Origin: Roseibacillus sp.
Lineage (GTDB): Bacteria; Verrucomicrobiota; Verrucomicrobiia; Verrucomicrobiales; Akkermansiaceae
Direction: 5' to 3'
Assembly: GCA_965242925.1 (NCBI GenBank)
Contig: CBDEUM010000029.1
Coordinates: forward strand, 407,832 to 471,831
Length of the DNA: 64,000 bases
Shown: positions 49,849-60,493 of the stretch, piece after piece
Layout: each line of letters starts with the position of its first letter
Numbering within the stretch: position 1 is the stretch's first letter
Translations under genes and position numbers: made by a program
Notes under the pieces: generated by a model
Databases searched by the model: none
Told to the model about the DNA's origin: nothing
What the model saw: the letters and a program-made list of their open reading frames with translations, nothing else

Positions 49849-52800
49849 GTGCACGGGCCGGCGAAATATCATCCCTCCGCCCGGAGACTTGTAGCGGGCT
49901 CGCTCCTTGCACTGGGCTTCGTTGTAGTTGCCGCCTGTGAAGGTCCGAAAGTCAACGGGGAAGGCGGTAGCCGGAACGACGACGATCCGCCAGTGGGCGC
50001 GTCGCAACCGGATTTCACCCCCGTCCTGACTGCTCCGGAGGGATCCCTGGAGGCCAGGCCTCTCGCGACGCGTTCTGAACCGACGGGGGAGACTCTCTTC
50101 CAGCGGCTTGCGCCGGAGCAGACCGGGGTTGCCTTTCAAAACAGGATCGACATCAGCCATCCCCTCAAGCGGCTCTACCATTCCGGCTTTGTGTGTGGTG
50201 GGGTGGCCATAGGCGACATCGATGGTGACGGGCTTCCTGATCTCTTCTTTGCGAGCGGCCCGGGGCAGAACAAACTCTACCGGCAGACTGAAACCGCCTT
50301 CCGGTTTGAGGACATCACCGCGGCAGCCGGGGTGGGGGGAGGAAAGGCCTGGGGCACGGGGGCAGCGTTGGCCGATCTTGATAACGATGGAGACCTCGAC
50401 CTCTACATCTGCAACTACGACTCTCCCAATGCGCTCTACCTGAACGACGGCATGGGGAAGTTTGAAGAGGCTGCTGCCCGGTTCGGTCTGGCCCGGGTCG
50501 ATGCCTGCCTCCTGCCGACTTTCTGTGACTATGACCAGGATGGCGATCTCGATGTGTTTCTCCTGACCAACCGCTACTACCGGGCGGGAGGCCGTCCCGT
50601 CAAGCCGCCCTTCAAGCAGGCCGGGAACGGCAGGGCGGTGGTCAAGCCGGAGTTCAGGAAATTCTATGGCCTTAGCGAGAAGGGGCCGGGTGACTACGAC
50701 ATGGATGAAGTGGGTCGTCCCGACATTCTCCTGCGTAATGACGACGGCCAGTTCAAGGATGTCAGTGAAACGGCCGGAATTCAGGTGCGCGGCCACGGCC
50801 TGGCAGCCACCTGGTGGGACTATGACCACGATGGGTTGATGGATCTCTACGTCTGCAATGATTTCGCGGATCCTGACAACCTGTTCCGCAATAATGGGGA
50901 TGGCACCTTCACCAATACCATCACCTCGGTGGTCAATTACACGCCCTGGTTTTCCATGGGGGCTGATGCGGGGGACATCAACAATGACGGGCAACTCGAC
51001 TTCGTGGCTCTCGATATGGCGGCCACCACACACTACAAGTCCAAGATGGCAATGGGGGAGATGGGTGTCTTGCGCTACCTCATCGAGAAGGCCCTGCCTC
51101 GTCAGGTGATGCGAAACTGCTTGTATGTGAGCACCGGGACGGGGCGCTACACCGAATGCGCAAGCCTCTCGGGGGTGTCCAATTCGGATTGGTCGTGGGC
51201 CCCGAAGCTGGCCGACTTTGATAACGACGGGCGGGTTGACCTCTTTATTTCCAACGGGATGGCGCGCGACTTCAATAACTCGGATATTTCGTTCACGGCG
51301 GCTGACCAGATCGGGAAGAGTTTGTGGGATCACTACGAGAATTCGCCTCCCAAGCTGGAGCAGAACCTGGCCTTCCGTAACAAGGGGGACTATGCCTTCG
51401 AAGATGTGAGCAAGACCTGGGGGCTCGATCACGTGGGCATGAGCTACGGCAGCGCCTACGGCGACCTCGATGGGGACGGCGATCTCGATCTGGTCACGGT
51501 GAACCTGGAGGAACCCGTCAGCATTTGTCGCAATGACTCTCAGACGGGGAACCGGGTCACGGTGTCCCTGCGGGGAGTGCGTTCCAACCGCTTTGGTCTC
51601 GGGGCGCTGGTCACGGTGGAAGCTGGCGGCATCAGGCACGTGCGGCAACTGGTGCCCATGAGTGGCTACCTCTCCAGTAACGAGCCGATTGTGCATGTCG
51701 GACTGGGAGAGGCGGCCACAATCGACAAGCTGAGTGTGCGCTGGCCGGATGGTGGGGTGCAGGACTACCGCGGGTTACAGGCCAACCAGCACTACACCAT
51801 CACGGAAGCGGGAAAGGCTCTTCCCAAGATGGAGCGCAAGAAGCCGGATCCGCTCTTCGCGCCCGAGACGCGCCTGCGCGGAATCGTTCACAAGGAGAGA
51901 ATCTTCGAGGACTTCTCGCGCCAACCGCTCCTGCCCAACAAGCTCTCCCAACTCGGTCCGGGTATTGCGTTCGGGGATGTGGATGGCAACGGTAGCGAGG
52001 ATTTTTTCGTTTCGACCGCGCGCGGGCAGTCCGGTGCCATCTTCCTGAATGATGGGAAGGGCAATTTCCGGGTGGGCGCGACCTCGCCCTTTGACGCCGA
52101 CGAGGACACCGAGGGGATGGGAGCCCTCTTCCTTGATGCTGACTCGGACGGGGACCAGGACCTCTACGTGGCCAGCGGGAGTTATGAGTATGATCCAGGG
52201 AGCCTGATGACCCGTGACCGGCTCTACCTGAACAATGGGAAGGGAAACTTTACCAAGGCCTCCCTCGATGCCCTGCCAGTGTTCCGGGACAACAGCAGTT
52301 GTGTGGTGGCCGCCGACTTCGACCGTGATGGGGATCTTGATCTCTTTGTAGGCGGGCGGGTTGTCTCTGGTGATTATCCCATGCCCGCGCAGAGCCGCCT
52401 CCTTCTCAACGAGTCCGGCGAGGGCAGGGTGAGGTTTGTGGAGGCTCCTCCCGAGCGGGCCCCGGGGTTGCGCTCCACAGGGATGGTCACTGGCGCCCTG
52501 TGGTCCGATGCCGACGGAGACGGCTGGATCGACCTCCTGGTCACTCACGAGTGGGGGCCGGTGAAGCTCTTTCGAAACGAAAAGGGCACGTTGGTGGATG
52601 TCACGGAAAAGAGCGGGTTGCACAAGCACCTGGGCTGGTGGAACAGCATCACGGGAGGCGATCCCGACAATGATGGCGACATCGACTATGCGGTGGGTAA
52701 TGTCGGACTGAACACCAAGTATCATGCTGATCCCGGCCATCCGGTCATACTCTACTATGGAGACTACGGGGACGAGGGAGTGAAACGGCTGGTGGAGGCC

Positions 52801-53604
52801 AAGTACGAGAATGATGTAATCGTGCCCGCTCGCGGGAAGAGCTGTTCCACCAAGGCCATGCCGCACCTCAGTAAGAAGTTTGGCACCTTCCACCAGTTTG
52901 CGAGCGCGACCTTGCCCCAGATTTATACCAAGGAATGCCTGAGCGAATCAGTAAAGCTGGAGGCCAACACCCTGGAATCCGGGATCTTCATCAACGACGG
53001 AAAGGGGGGCTTTTCCTTCCGGCCCCTTCCCAAGGCGGCCCAGTCGTCTGCCATTTTCGGTCTTGAATTCGTGGAGGTAGACGGTGACGGCAAGCTGGAC
53101 CTCTATGCGGTGCAGAACTTTTCCAATTCGCAATTCGAGACCCCTCCGTTCCGGGGTGGTCTGAGCGTTCTGCTCCGGGGTGACGGGAAAGGTGACTTTA
53201 CGATGGTGTCGCACTCCGAAAGTGGATTGGTGGTACCCACCGACGGGCGGGCACTGGCCTGCAGCGACCTCAATGGTGATGGCCGCCCTGACTTCCTGGT
53301 CGGCATCAACAACGGGGAACTGCTCGCCTTCACCAATCGTCGCACACCTGCCGCCGGGGTTCTCCGTCTGCAGGGAAAAGGGGGAAACCCGTCCGTTGCC
53401 GGTGCGCGAGTGACTCTGGTGAGTAAGGATGGAACGCGCGTGCAGGAAGTTTACCAGGGTGGGGGCTATCTCTCCCAGTCGACTCCCTCGATCTTCCTCG
53501 ATTCGGGCGTGACCAGGGTGGAGGTGGGCTGGCCGGACGGTTCCTCAAGTAGCCATCCGGTGGACCCCGCCACCCGGGAGACGGTCATTTCCGTCCCGGA
53601 GTAG
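49849..53604 (+). CDS. FG-GAP/VCBS repeat protein with ASPIC/UnbV domains (CRTAC1-like), probable lipoprotein
   Basis: Many D.D.DG..DL repeats; SNRFGLGA.V...GYLSS...HVGLG...VRWPDG (ASPIC/UnbV), with a second copy at the C-terminus; VAA-C lipobox candidate. Confidence 0.9.
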   Translation: MHGPAKYHPSARRLVAGSLLALGFVVVAACEGPKVNGEGGSRNDDDPPVGASQPDFTPVLTAPEGSLEARPLATRSEPTGETLFQRLAPEQTGVAFQNRIDISHPLKRLYHSGFVCGGVAIGDIDGDGLPDLFFASGPGQNKLYRQTETAFRFEDITAAAGVGGGKAWGTGAALADLDNDGDLDLYICNYDSPNALYLNDGMGKFEEAAARFGLARVDACLLPTFCDYDQDGDLDVFLLTNRYYRAGGRPVKPPFKQAGNGRAVVKPEFRKFYGLSEKGPGDYDMDEVGRPDILLRNDDGQFKDVSETAGIQVRGHGLAATWWDYDHDGLMDLYVCNDFADPDNLFRNNGDGTFTNTITSVVNYTPWFSMGADAGDINNDGQLDFVALDMAATTHYKSKMAMGEMGVLRYLIEKALPRQVMRNCLYVSTGTGRYTECASLSGVSNSDWSWAPKLADFDNDGRVDLFISNGMARDFNNSDISFTAADQIGKSLWDHYENSPPKLEQNLAFRNKGDYAFEDVSKTWGLDHVGMSYGSAYGDLDGDGDLDLVTVNLEEPVSICRNDSQTGNRVTVSLRGVRSNRFGLGALVTVEAGGIRHVRQLVPMSGYLSSNEPIVHVGLGEAATIDKLSVRWPDGGVQDYRGLQANQHYTITEAGKALPKMERKKPDPLFAPETRLRGIVHKERIFEDFSRQPLLPNKLSQLGPGIAFGDVDGNGSEDFFVSTARGQSGAIFLNDGKGNFRVGATSPFDADEDTEGMGALFLDADSDGDQDLYVASGSYEYDPGSLMTRDRLYLNNGKGNFTKASLDALPVFRDNSSCVVAADFDRDGDLDLFVGGRVVSGDYPMPAQSRLLLNESGEGRVRFVEAPPERAPGLRSTGMVTGALWSDADGDGWIDLLVTHEWGPVKLFRNEKGTLVDVTEKSGLHKHLGWWNSITGGDPDNDGDIDYAVGNVGLNTKYHADPGHPVILYYGDYGDEGVKRLVEAKYENDVIVPARGKSCSTKAMPHLSKKFGTFHQFASATLPQIYTKECLSESVKLEANTLESGIFINDGKGGFSFRPLPKAAQSSAIFGLEFVEVDGDGKLDLYAVQNFSNSQFETPPFRGGLSVLLRGDGKGDFTMVSHSESGLVVPTDGRALACSDLNGDGRPDFLVGINNGELLAFTNRRTPAAGVLRLQGKGGNPSVAGARVTLVSKDGTRVQEVYQGGGYLSQSTPSIFLDSGVTRVEVGWPDGSSSSHPVDPATRETVISVPE

Positions 53605-53961
53605 GGAGTTTCCCGGAGGCGGAGAGTTGTTCGCAAAGCAGGAGGAAGTTGAAATATATGGATCTCTGAAATTCAGAGAGCTGCCGCTCAAGGGAACCAT
53701 GCGTAAACATTTTCGTCCTAATATCACGGATCTTGGCGAACAGGACTCCATTAGGATGGATACCCGGAACTTTTCCCTGCCAGTAATACTCGCCTGTCCC
53801 GGTCTCATTCTCCGTGTTGGCTGAGTCCTGCTTCCGTACAGAACTGCAATTCTTCTTTCGTTCTGATGTTCGAATTCTTAATCGTATAGAAGCGTCTCGT
53901 GTCAGAGATCGCTCCTGTTTCACAACCCATTCAACCCATTCAACCCATTCAACCTAATCTC

Positions 53962-56900
53962 ATGAAACATTACCCTGTGAGAAAGAACAAGTCGGCTACG
54001 TGGTGTGCGGTCGCATTTTGCCTGACGGTCGCGAGCGCTTTCGCCCAGTCGATCATCAGCTTGAACTTCGACGGCCAGGATGGCACCGGCACTCCCGGTC
54101 CGGTCACCGGCGTGGCGGGTTCGGTCCCGGCCGATAACTGGAACAATACTGGAACCGGAAATGGCGGCAATGTCGGGGTAGGGGTTGCCCTTGTCGACGA
54201 CAGTGGTGCCGCCACCGGCGCTACCGTGAACTGGTCAGTGGCCAACCACTGGACCACCAATGGCGTAGACAGCAGCGGAGGCGATGCCCAGATGATGCAG
54301 GGGTATCTCGACAACTTCCACGACCAACCCCCGATCGAGATTACCGGGATTCCGGACTCCTTCATGGCAAGCGGCTACGAACTCCGGATTTATCACAACA
54401 CCGACAGTGCCGGCGCGATGGGTTTCACCGTCGACGATGGAAATGGTCCGACCACCTACTATAGTTATCAACCGGGGGGTAATAACTCGAACTTTCCTTT
54501 GGCCGGAGCTGATCCGTTTGGAGGTGCGGCCGGATACATTGGCAGCCAGGAAACCGGCGCTACCGCCACGACGGCCTCGAATTACACTCTCTTCACGGGA
54601 TTGTCGGGGGCCTCTGTGACCATAACCGGCGTCCGGGGCAGTGCCGGAGACACCCGCTCGCGTCCCAACGGATTTCAAATCGTGTCTACCGGCCCTTCCC
54701 TGGACGATGACGAAGATGGTCTTGCCGATAGCTGGGAAACGGCCAATGGGCTTGATCCTGCTGATGACGGATCGGTCGATATCAACAATGGACCGGCCGG
54801 GGATCCGGATAATGATGGCTCGGCCAACCTGGAGGAGTTTGAACGGAGGACCGATCCGCAGAGCGACGACACTGACGATGACGGGTTGCTGGACGGGGTG
54901 GAGAGTGGAAGCGGAATTTTCGCGAGTGAAACCGACACGGGCACCGATCCGCTGGATGCCGATAGTGATGGAGATAGCCTGGTGGACGGCGCCGAGGTTG
55001 CGGCCGACCCCTTCGTGACCGATCCCAATAATCCGGATACGGACGCTGATGGCGTGAATGACGGCACCGAGATTTCCAGTGGATCGGATCCGACCGATCC
55101 GACTGATGTTCCGGGCGGGGGTGTTATCGGGGCTGTCATCAGCATGAATTTCGACGGCCAGACCGGTACGGGCACTCCTGGCGCGGTTACGGGCGTGGCA
55201 GGTTCGATTCCGGTCGGTAACTGGAACAACAGCGGTCAGGGAAATGCCTTTAATGAGGGGCCTCTTGACCTTGTCGACGACAGCGGTGTCGCCACCACGG
55301 CTACTGTGAACTGGTCAGTGGCCAACCACTGGACCACCAATGGAGGAGACAGCAGTGGAGGCGATGCCACGATGATGCAGGGGTATCTCGACAACTTCCA
55401 CGACCGGCCCCCGATCGTTGTCAGTGGGATTCCCGCCTCCTTCATGTCAAGCGGCTACGAACTCCGGATCTATCACAACACCGACAGTGCCGGCGCGATG
55501 GGTTTCACCGTCAGTGATGACGGAGGGCTCACTTCCACCACCCACTATAGTTATCAACCGGGTGGCAATGGATTCAACTTTCCCCTGGCCGGAGCTGATC
55601 CGTTCGGAGGCGCGGCTGGATACATTGGCAGCCAGGAAACCGCCGGTGGGGCCACGACGGCCTCGAATTACACTCTCTTCACGGGATTGTCGGGGGCGGA
55701 GTTGACCATAACCGGTGTCCGGGGCAGTGCTGGCGACACGCGCTCGCGTCCCAACGGGTTTCAGATCGTGGCGATTGGCCCCGCCCTGGACGATGACGAA
55801 GATGGTCTTGGCGACAGCTGGGAAACGGCCAATGGGCTCGATCCCGCTGATGACGGATCGGTCGATATCAACAATGGGCCGGCCGGGGATCCGGATAATG
55901 ATGGCTTGGCCAACCTGGAGGAGTTCGAACGGGGGACTGATCCACAGAACGACGACAGCGACGATGACGGGTTGCTGGACGGGGTGGAGAGTGGAACCGG
56001 AATCTTCGTGAGCGAAACTGACACGGGGACGAATCCGAGGGATGCCGATAGTGACGGTGATGGCCTGGAGGACGGGGCCGAGGTGGACACTCACCAGACA
56101 GACCCCACTGATGCCGACTCTGATGACGACGGAACCGACGATGGCGACGAGCTGCAGATAGGGACCAATCCCAATGATGCGAATTCCATTCCACCGCTGG
56201 CGCTGCCCATCGGCTACTGGTCTTTCGATGATCAGGGTGCCGGTGGAACGACTGCGGATTTGTCCAACGGCGGCAACGACGGGACCCTCAATGGCGGTCC
56301 TGAGGTGGTGGAGGGTCCTTGTGGCCCCGGCGATTTCGCCCTTAAGTTCGACGGGATCGATGACTCGGTGACCACTGAGGTGTCCCTCTTCACGGGGGGA
56401 GCGGAGTTTACCATGTCGGGCTGGGTCAAGTTCGAGACTGCCCAGATCGGAAACCGGATCGGCTGGTTTGGGCAGAACGATGCGGTGGAATTCGGCCTCA
56501 TCAATCCGGCCCAACTGCAGCATTGGACCAATGTGGGAGGCGCGCTCAACTTGGCAGTTGCGGACACCTCTCCGGAGTGGATGCACGTGGCCATCACCGG
56601 TGACGCAGCGGGAAGGATCGCCTACCTCAACGGCGTGGCGGATCCCACCCCCGGCAACTCTGCTGCCGGGGCGTCATCGGCATTTCCCTTCAACATCGGG
56701 GGCTCAGGGATCTACGATGCCAGCGGCAACTGGTTTACCGGATGTATCGACGAGGTCGCGGTCTGGGACAAAGCTCTCACTGCGGACGAAATCATGCAAT
56801 TGGCCACCTGTGCAATCACACCGCTCGGACGTCAGCGGTCCCAGGTGGGAGTTGAGATCACCGAGTTCCATCGCACGGGGACCGGGGATATCCAGATCAG

Positions 56901-57588
56901 CTGGAAAAGCCGCCAGGACCGGCAGTATGACATCCTGAGTAATGCCGACCTGAGCACGCCACGGCTCCAGTGGGCCGAAGTGGCGGGCGCTCAGGATATT
57001 CAGGGTGATGCCTCGGGGATCACCACCGCGGTAGTGGCAGCGCCCTTCCCGGAGACCGGATACCTGGTCGTGCGTGAAGAAGGGCTTCCGGCCCTCTTCG
57101 AGGACGACCTGGAGAGCGACACGGGGTGGACTGCCATTGTCAACGACGCCAACGGCAACACCAACTGGGAGAGGGGTAGTCCCAATGGCAGCACTGGTCC
57201 CCTGACCGGGGCCGATGGTTCCGCCAACGCGTGGTGCACCAACCTTGGTGACTACGGACCGGACTCCGATATCTCCCTCCGGTCACCGGCCATCGACCTG
57301 ACCGGGGTGGTGGCCGCGGAGTTGAGCTTCGAGGCCTTCCGGGATGGCGATGGGTTCGGGGATGTCGCTTCCGTTCGTTTCCTGCGTGCGGCCGACCAGG
57401 TGCAGTTGGGTGCGGAAATCTCGATCGATATGACCGTATTTGATGCCGCCTGGAAGGCTCAGACCATCCCGGTGGAAGATGAGGCCATCGGGGAGAGCGT
57501 CATCATTGAGTTTAATTTTGTCAGTGACAGCAGTCCGGATGCCTTCAGCGGACTCTCCATCGACAACATTGAGGTGAGCGTGCCCTGA
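53962..57588 (+). CDS. Large secreted protein: two copies of the unassigned domain, TSP3-like Ca-binding repeats, LamG-like domain, C-terminal jelly-roll-like domain
   Basis: Signal ending AFA-Q; domains 54052-54684 and 55135-55770; D.D.DGL.DG.E repeats; YWSFD...FDG.DD.V...FT.SGW...W.HVA...IDEVAVW..AL (LamG). Confidence 0.9.
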   Translation: MKHYPVRKNKSATWCAVAFCLTVASAFAQSIISLNFDGQDGTGTPGPVTGVAGSVPADNWNNTGTGNGGNVGVGVALVDDSGAATGATVNWSVANHWTTNGVDSSGGDAQMMQGYLDNFHDQPPIEITGIPDSFMASGYELRIYHNTDSAGAMGFTVDDGNGPTTYYSYQPGGNNSNFPLAGADPFGGAAGYIGSQETGATATTASNYTLFTGLSGASVTITGVRGSAGDTRSRPNGFQIVSTGPSLDDDEDGLADSWETANGLDPADDGSVDINNGPAGDPDNDGSANLEEFERRTDPQSDDTDDDGLLDGVESGSGIFASETDTGTDPLDADSDGDSLVDGAEVAADPFVTDPNNPDTDADGVNDGTEISSGSDPTDPTDVPGGGVIGAVISMNFDGQTGTGTPGAVTGVAGSIPVGNWNNSGQGNAFNEGPLDLVDDSGVATTATVNWSVANHWTTNGGDSSGGDATMMQGYLDNFHDRPPIVVSGIPASFMSSGYELRIYHNTDSAGAMGFTVSDDGGLTSTTHYSYQPGGNGFNFPLAGADPFGGAAGYIGSQETAGGATTASNYTLFTGLSGAELTITGVRGSAGDTRSRPNGFQIVAIGPALDDDEDGLGDSWETANGLDPADDGSVDINNGPAGDPDNDGLANLEEFERGTDPQNDDSDDDGLLDGVESGTGIFVSETDTGTNPRDADSDGDGLEDGAEVDTHQTDPTDADSDDDGTDDGDELQIGTNPNDANSIPPLALPIGYWSFDDQGAGGTTADLSNGGNDGTLNGGPEVVEGPCGPGDFALKFDGIDDSVTTEVSLFTGGAEFTMSGWVKFETAQIGNRIGWFGQNDAVEFGLINPAQLQHWTNVGGALNLAVADTSPEWMHVAITGDAAGRIAYLNGVADPTPGNSAAGASSAFPFNIGGSGIYDASGNWFTGCIDEVAVWDKALTADEIMQLATCAITPLGRQRSQVGVEITEFHRTGTGDIQISWKSRQDRQYDILSNADLSTPRLQWAEVAGAQDIQGDASGITTAVVAAPFPETGYLVVREEGLPALFEDDLESDTGWTAIVNDANGNTNWERGSPNGSTGPLTGADGSANAWCTNLGDYGPDSDISLRSPAIDLTGVVAAELSFEAFRDGDGFGDVASVRFLRAADQVQLGAEISIDMTVFDAAWKAQTIPVEDEAIGESVIIEFNFVSDSSPDAFSGLSIDNIEVSVP

Positions 57589-57632
57589 GATCGCGAGCCC
57601 TCCCCCTGAAGAGGCGGGAGAGAACTTTTTCC

Positions 57633-57666
57633 AAGCGGTGGAGTCGATGACTTCACCGCTTTTTTG
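57633..57666 (+). terminator. Rho-independent terminator
   Basis: aagcggtggagtc-gat-gacttcaccgctt hairpin followed by a T run. Confidence 0.78.
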
Positions 57667-57901
57667 TGGAGGGGTAGTGATGCAAGTGTCCGGTGGGTGG
57701 ACCTGCAGCTTCGTCCAGAGCGAGTGGGATTCCGGGTCGTTCCCATGTTTGAGGGATCAATCCGGTGGTGCCGGAGAGTTTTGTTGCGCTAGCATCCTAT
57801 TCGGTAATTGTTCTTTCACTATGATGTTCAGATCTCTAATCGTATAGGAGCTTCACTCAGAGCGAGAGCGCCACGGTTTGACAACCCATTCAACCCATTC
57901 C

Positions 57902-60493
57902 ATGAAACACTACTTCGAAAAAAAACCCAACCCGGCTATGTGGTGCGCTATCGCACTCGGGCTCACCATCGCGAGCTCCTTTGCCCAGTCGGTCATCAGC
58001 ATGAATTTCGACGGCCAAAGTGGCACTGGCACTCCTGGTGCGGTCACGGGGGTGGCGGGTTCGGTCCCGGCTGGTAATTGGAACAACAGCGGTCAGGGAA
58101 ATGCCAATAATGTCGGGCCACTTGACCTTGTCGACGCCACCGGTGCCGCCACCGGTGCTACCGTGAACTGGTCAGTGGCCAACCACTGGACCACCAATGG
58201 TGGAGACAGCAGCGGAGGCGATGCCCAGATGATGCAGGGCTACCTGGACAACTTCCACGACCGACCCCCGATCGAAATCACGGGGATTCCCTACGGGGCG
58301 TATGAACTCCGGATCTATCACAACACCGACAGTGGCGGCGCGATGGGTTTCACCGTCGACGATGGAAATGGTCCGACCACCTACTATAGTTATCAACCGG
58401 GGGGTAATAACTCGAACTTTCCTTTGGCCGGAGCTGATCCGTTTGGAGGTGCGGCTGGATACATTGGCAGCCAGGAAACCGGCGGTGGCGCCACGACGGC
58501 CTCGAATTACACTCTCTTCACGGGATTGTCGGGGGCCTCTGTGACCATAACCGGCGTCCGGGGCAGTGCCGGAGACACCCGTACGCGTCCCAACGGATTT
58601 CAAATCGTGTCTACGGGTCCTCTCCTGGACGATGACGAAGATGGTCTTGCCGACAGCTGGGAAACGGCCAATGGGCTTGATCCTGCTGATGACGGATCGG
58701 TCGATATCAACAATGGACCGGCCGGGGATCCGGATAATGATGGTTCGGCCAACCTGGAGGAGTTTGGACGAGGGACCGATCCGCAGAGCGACGACACTGA
58801 CGATGACGGGTTGCTGGACGGGGTGGAGAGTGGAACCGGAATCTTCGTGAGCGCAACCGACACGGGGACGGACCCGCTGGATGACGACAGCGATGGAGAT
58901 AGTCTGGTGGACGGGGCGGAAGCTTCCGCCGATCCCTTTGTCACCGATCCCAACAACCAGGATACGGACGATGATGGTGTGAATGACGGCACCGAGATCT
59001 CCGGTGGGTCGGATCCGACCGATCCGACCGATGTTCCCGGCGGGGGTGGCGGCGGGGGTGTCATCAGCATGAATTTCGACGGCCAAAGTGGCACTGGTAC
59101 TCCTGGTGCGGTCACGGGGGTGGCGGGTTCGGTCCCGGTCCGTAACTGGAACAACAGTGGTCAGGGAAATGCCTTTAATGAGGGGCCTCTTGCTCTTGTT
59201 GACGCCACCGGTGCCGCCACCGGCGCTACCGTGAACTGGTCAGTGGCCAACCACTGGACCACCAATGGCGTAGACAACAGCGGAGGCGATGCCCAGATGA
59301 TGCAGGGCTACCTGGACAACTTTCACGACCGACCCCCGATCGAAATCACGGGGATTCCCTACGGGGCGTATGAACTCCGGATCTATCACAACACCGACAG
59401 TGGCGGCGCGATGGGTTTCACCGTCGACGATGGAAATGGTCCGACCACCTACTATAGTTATCAACCGGGGGGTAATAACTCGAACTTTCCTTTGGCCGGA
59501 GCTGATCCGTTTGGAGGTGCGGCCGGATACATTGGCAGCCAGGAAACCGGCGGTGGCGCCACGACGGCCTCGAATTACACTCTCTTCACGGGATTGTCGG
59601 GGGCCTCTGTGACCATAACCGGCGTCCGGGGCAGTGCCGGAGACACCCGTACGCGTCCCAACGGATTTCAAATCGTGTCTACGGGTCCTCTCCTGGACGA
59701 TGACGAAGATGGTCTTGCCGATAGCTGGGAAACGGCCAATGGGCTTGATCCTGCTGATGACGGATCGGTCGATATCAACAATGGACCGGCCGGGGATCCG
59801 GATAATGATGGTTCGGCCAACCTGGAGGAGTTTGGACGAGGGACCGATCCGCAGAGTGACGACACTGACGATGACGGGTTGCTGGACGGGGTGGAGAGTG
59901 GAACCGGAATCTTCGTGAGCGCAACCGACACGGGGACGGACCCGCTGGATGACGACAGCGATGGAGATAGTCTGGTGGACGGGGCGGAAGCTTCCGCCGA
60001 TCCCTTTGTCACCGATCCTAACAACCAGGATACGGACGATGATGGTGTGAATGACGGCACCGAGATCTCCGGTGGGTCGGATCCGACCGATCCGACCGAT
60101 GTTCCCGGCGGGGGTGGCGGCGGCGGCGGTGTGGTCAGGGCTGTCATCAGCATGAATTTCGACGGCCAAAGTGGCACTGGCACTCCTGGTGCGGTCACGG
60201 GGGTGGCGGGTTCGGTCCCGGTCGGTAACTGGAACAACAGTGGTCAGGGAAATGCCAATAATGTCGGGCCTCTTGCTCTTGTTGACGCCACCGGTGCCGC
60301 CACCGGCGCTACCGTGAACTGGTCAGTGGCCAACCACTGGACCACCAATGGCGGAGACAACAGCGGAGGCGATGCCACAGATGATGCAGGGCTACCTGGA
60401 CAACTTTCACGACCGTCCCCCGATCGAAATCACGGGGATTCCCGACTCCTTCATGTCAAGCGGCTACGAACTCCGGATCTATCACAACACTGA
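57902..60493 (+). CDS. Paralog of the 53962 gene, N-part: tandem [domain + TSP3-like] units; frameshifted at ~60377
   Basis: Signal ending SFA-Q; domains 57992-58609 and 59060-59677, third copy starting at 60143. Confidence 0.85.
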   Translation: MKHYFEKKPNPAMWCAIALGLTIASSFAQSVISMNFDGQSGTGTPGAVTGVAGSVPAGNWNNSGQGNANNVGPLDLVDATGAATGATVNWSVANHWTTNGGDSSGGDAQMMQGYLDNFHDRPPIEITGIPYGAYELRIYHNTDSGGAMGFTVDDGNGPTTYYSYQPGGNNSNFPLAGADPFGGAAGYIGSQETGGGATTASNYTLFTGLSGASVTITGVRGSAGDTRTRPNGFQIVSTGPLLDDDEDGLADSWETANGLDPADDGSVDINNGPAGDPDNDGSANLEEFGRGTDPQSDDTDDDGLLDGVESGTGIFVSATDTGTDPLDDDSDGDSLVDGAEASADPFVTDPNNQDTDDDGVNDGTEISGGSDPTDPTDVPGGGGGGGVISMNFDGQSGTGTPGAVTGVAGSVPVRNWNNSGQGNAFNEGPLALVDATGAATGATVNWSVANHWTTNGVDNSGGDAQMMQGYLDNFHDRPPIEITGIPYGAYELRIYHNTDSGGAMGFTVDDGNGPTTYYSYQPGGNNSNFPLAGADPFGGAAGYIGSQETGGGATTASNYTLFTGLSGASVTITGVRGSAGDTRTRPNGFQIVSTGPLLDDDEDGLADSWETANGLDPADDGSVDINNGPAGDPDNDGSANLEEFGRGTDPQSDDTDDDGLLDGVESGTGIFVSATDTGTDPLDDDSDGDSLVDGAEASADPFVTDPNNQDTDDDGVNDGTEISGGSDPTDPTDVPGGGGGGGGVVRAVISMNFDGQSGTGTPGAVTGVAGSVPVGNWNNSGQGNANNVGPLALVDATGAATGATVNWSVANHWTTNGGDNSGGDATDDAGLPGQLSRPSPDRNHGDSRLLHVKRLRTPDLSQH
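57992..60127 (+). repeat. Near-perfect 1068-bp tandem duplication
   Basis: Shadow ORFs recur at a fixed offset of 1068 (58302/59370, 58566/59634) with near-identical translations. Confidence 0.93.

Noticed and set aside
53923..53954. CRISPR array
   Set aside because: These are 9-bp tandem units with no spacers; no cas genes or repeat-spacer pattern were seen anywhere in the window.
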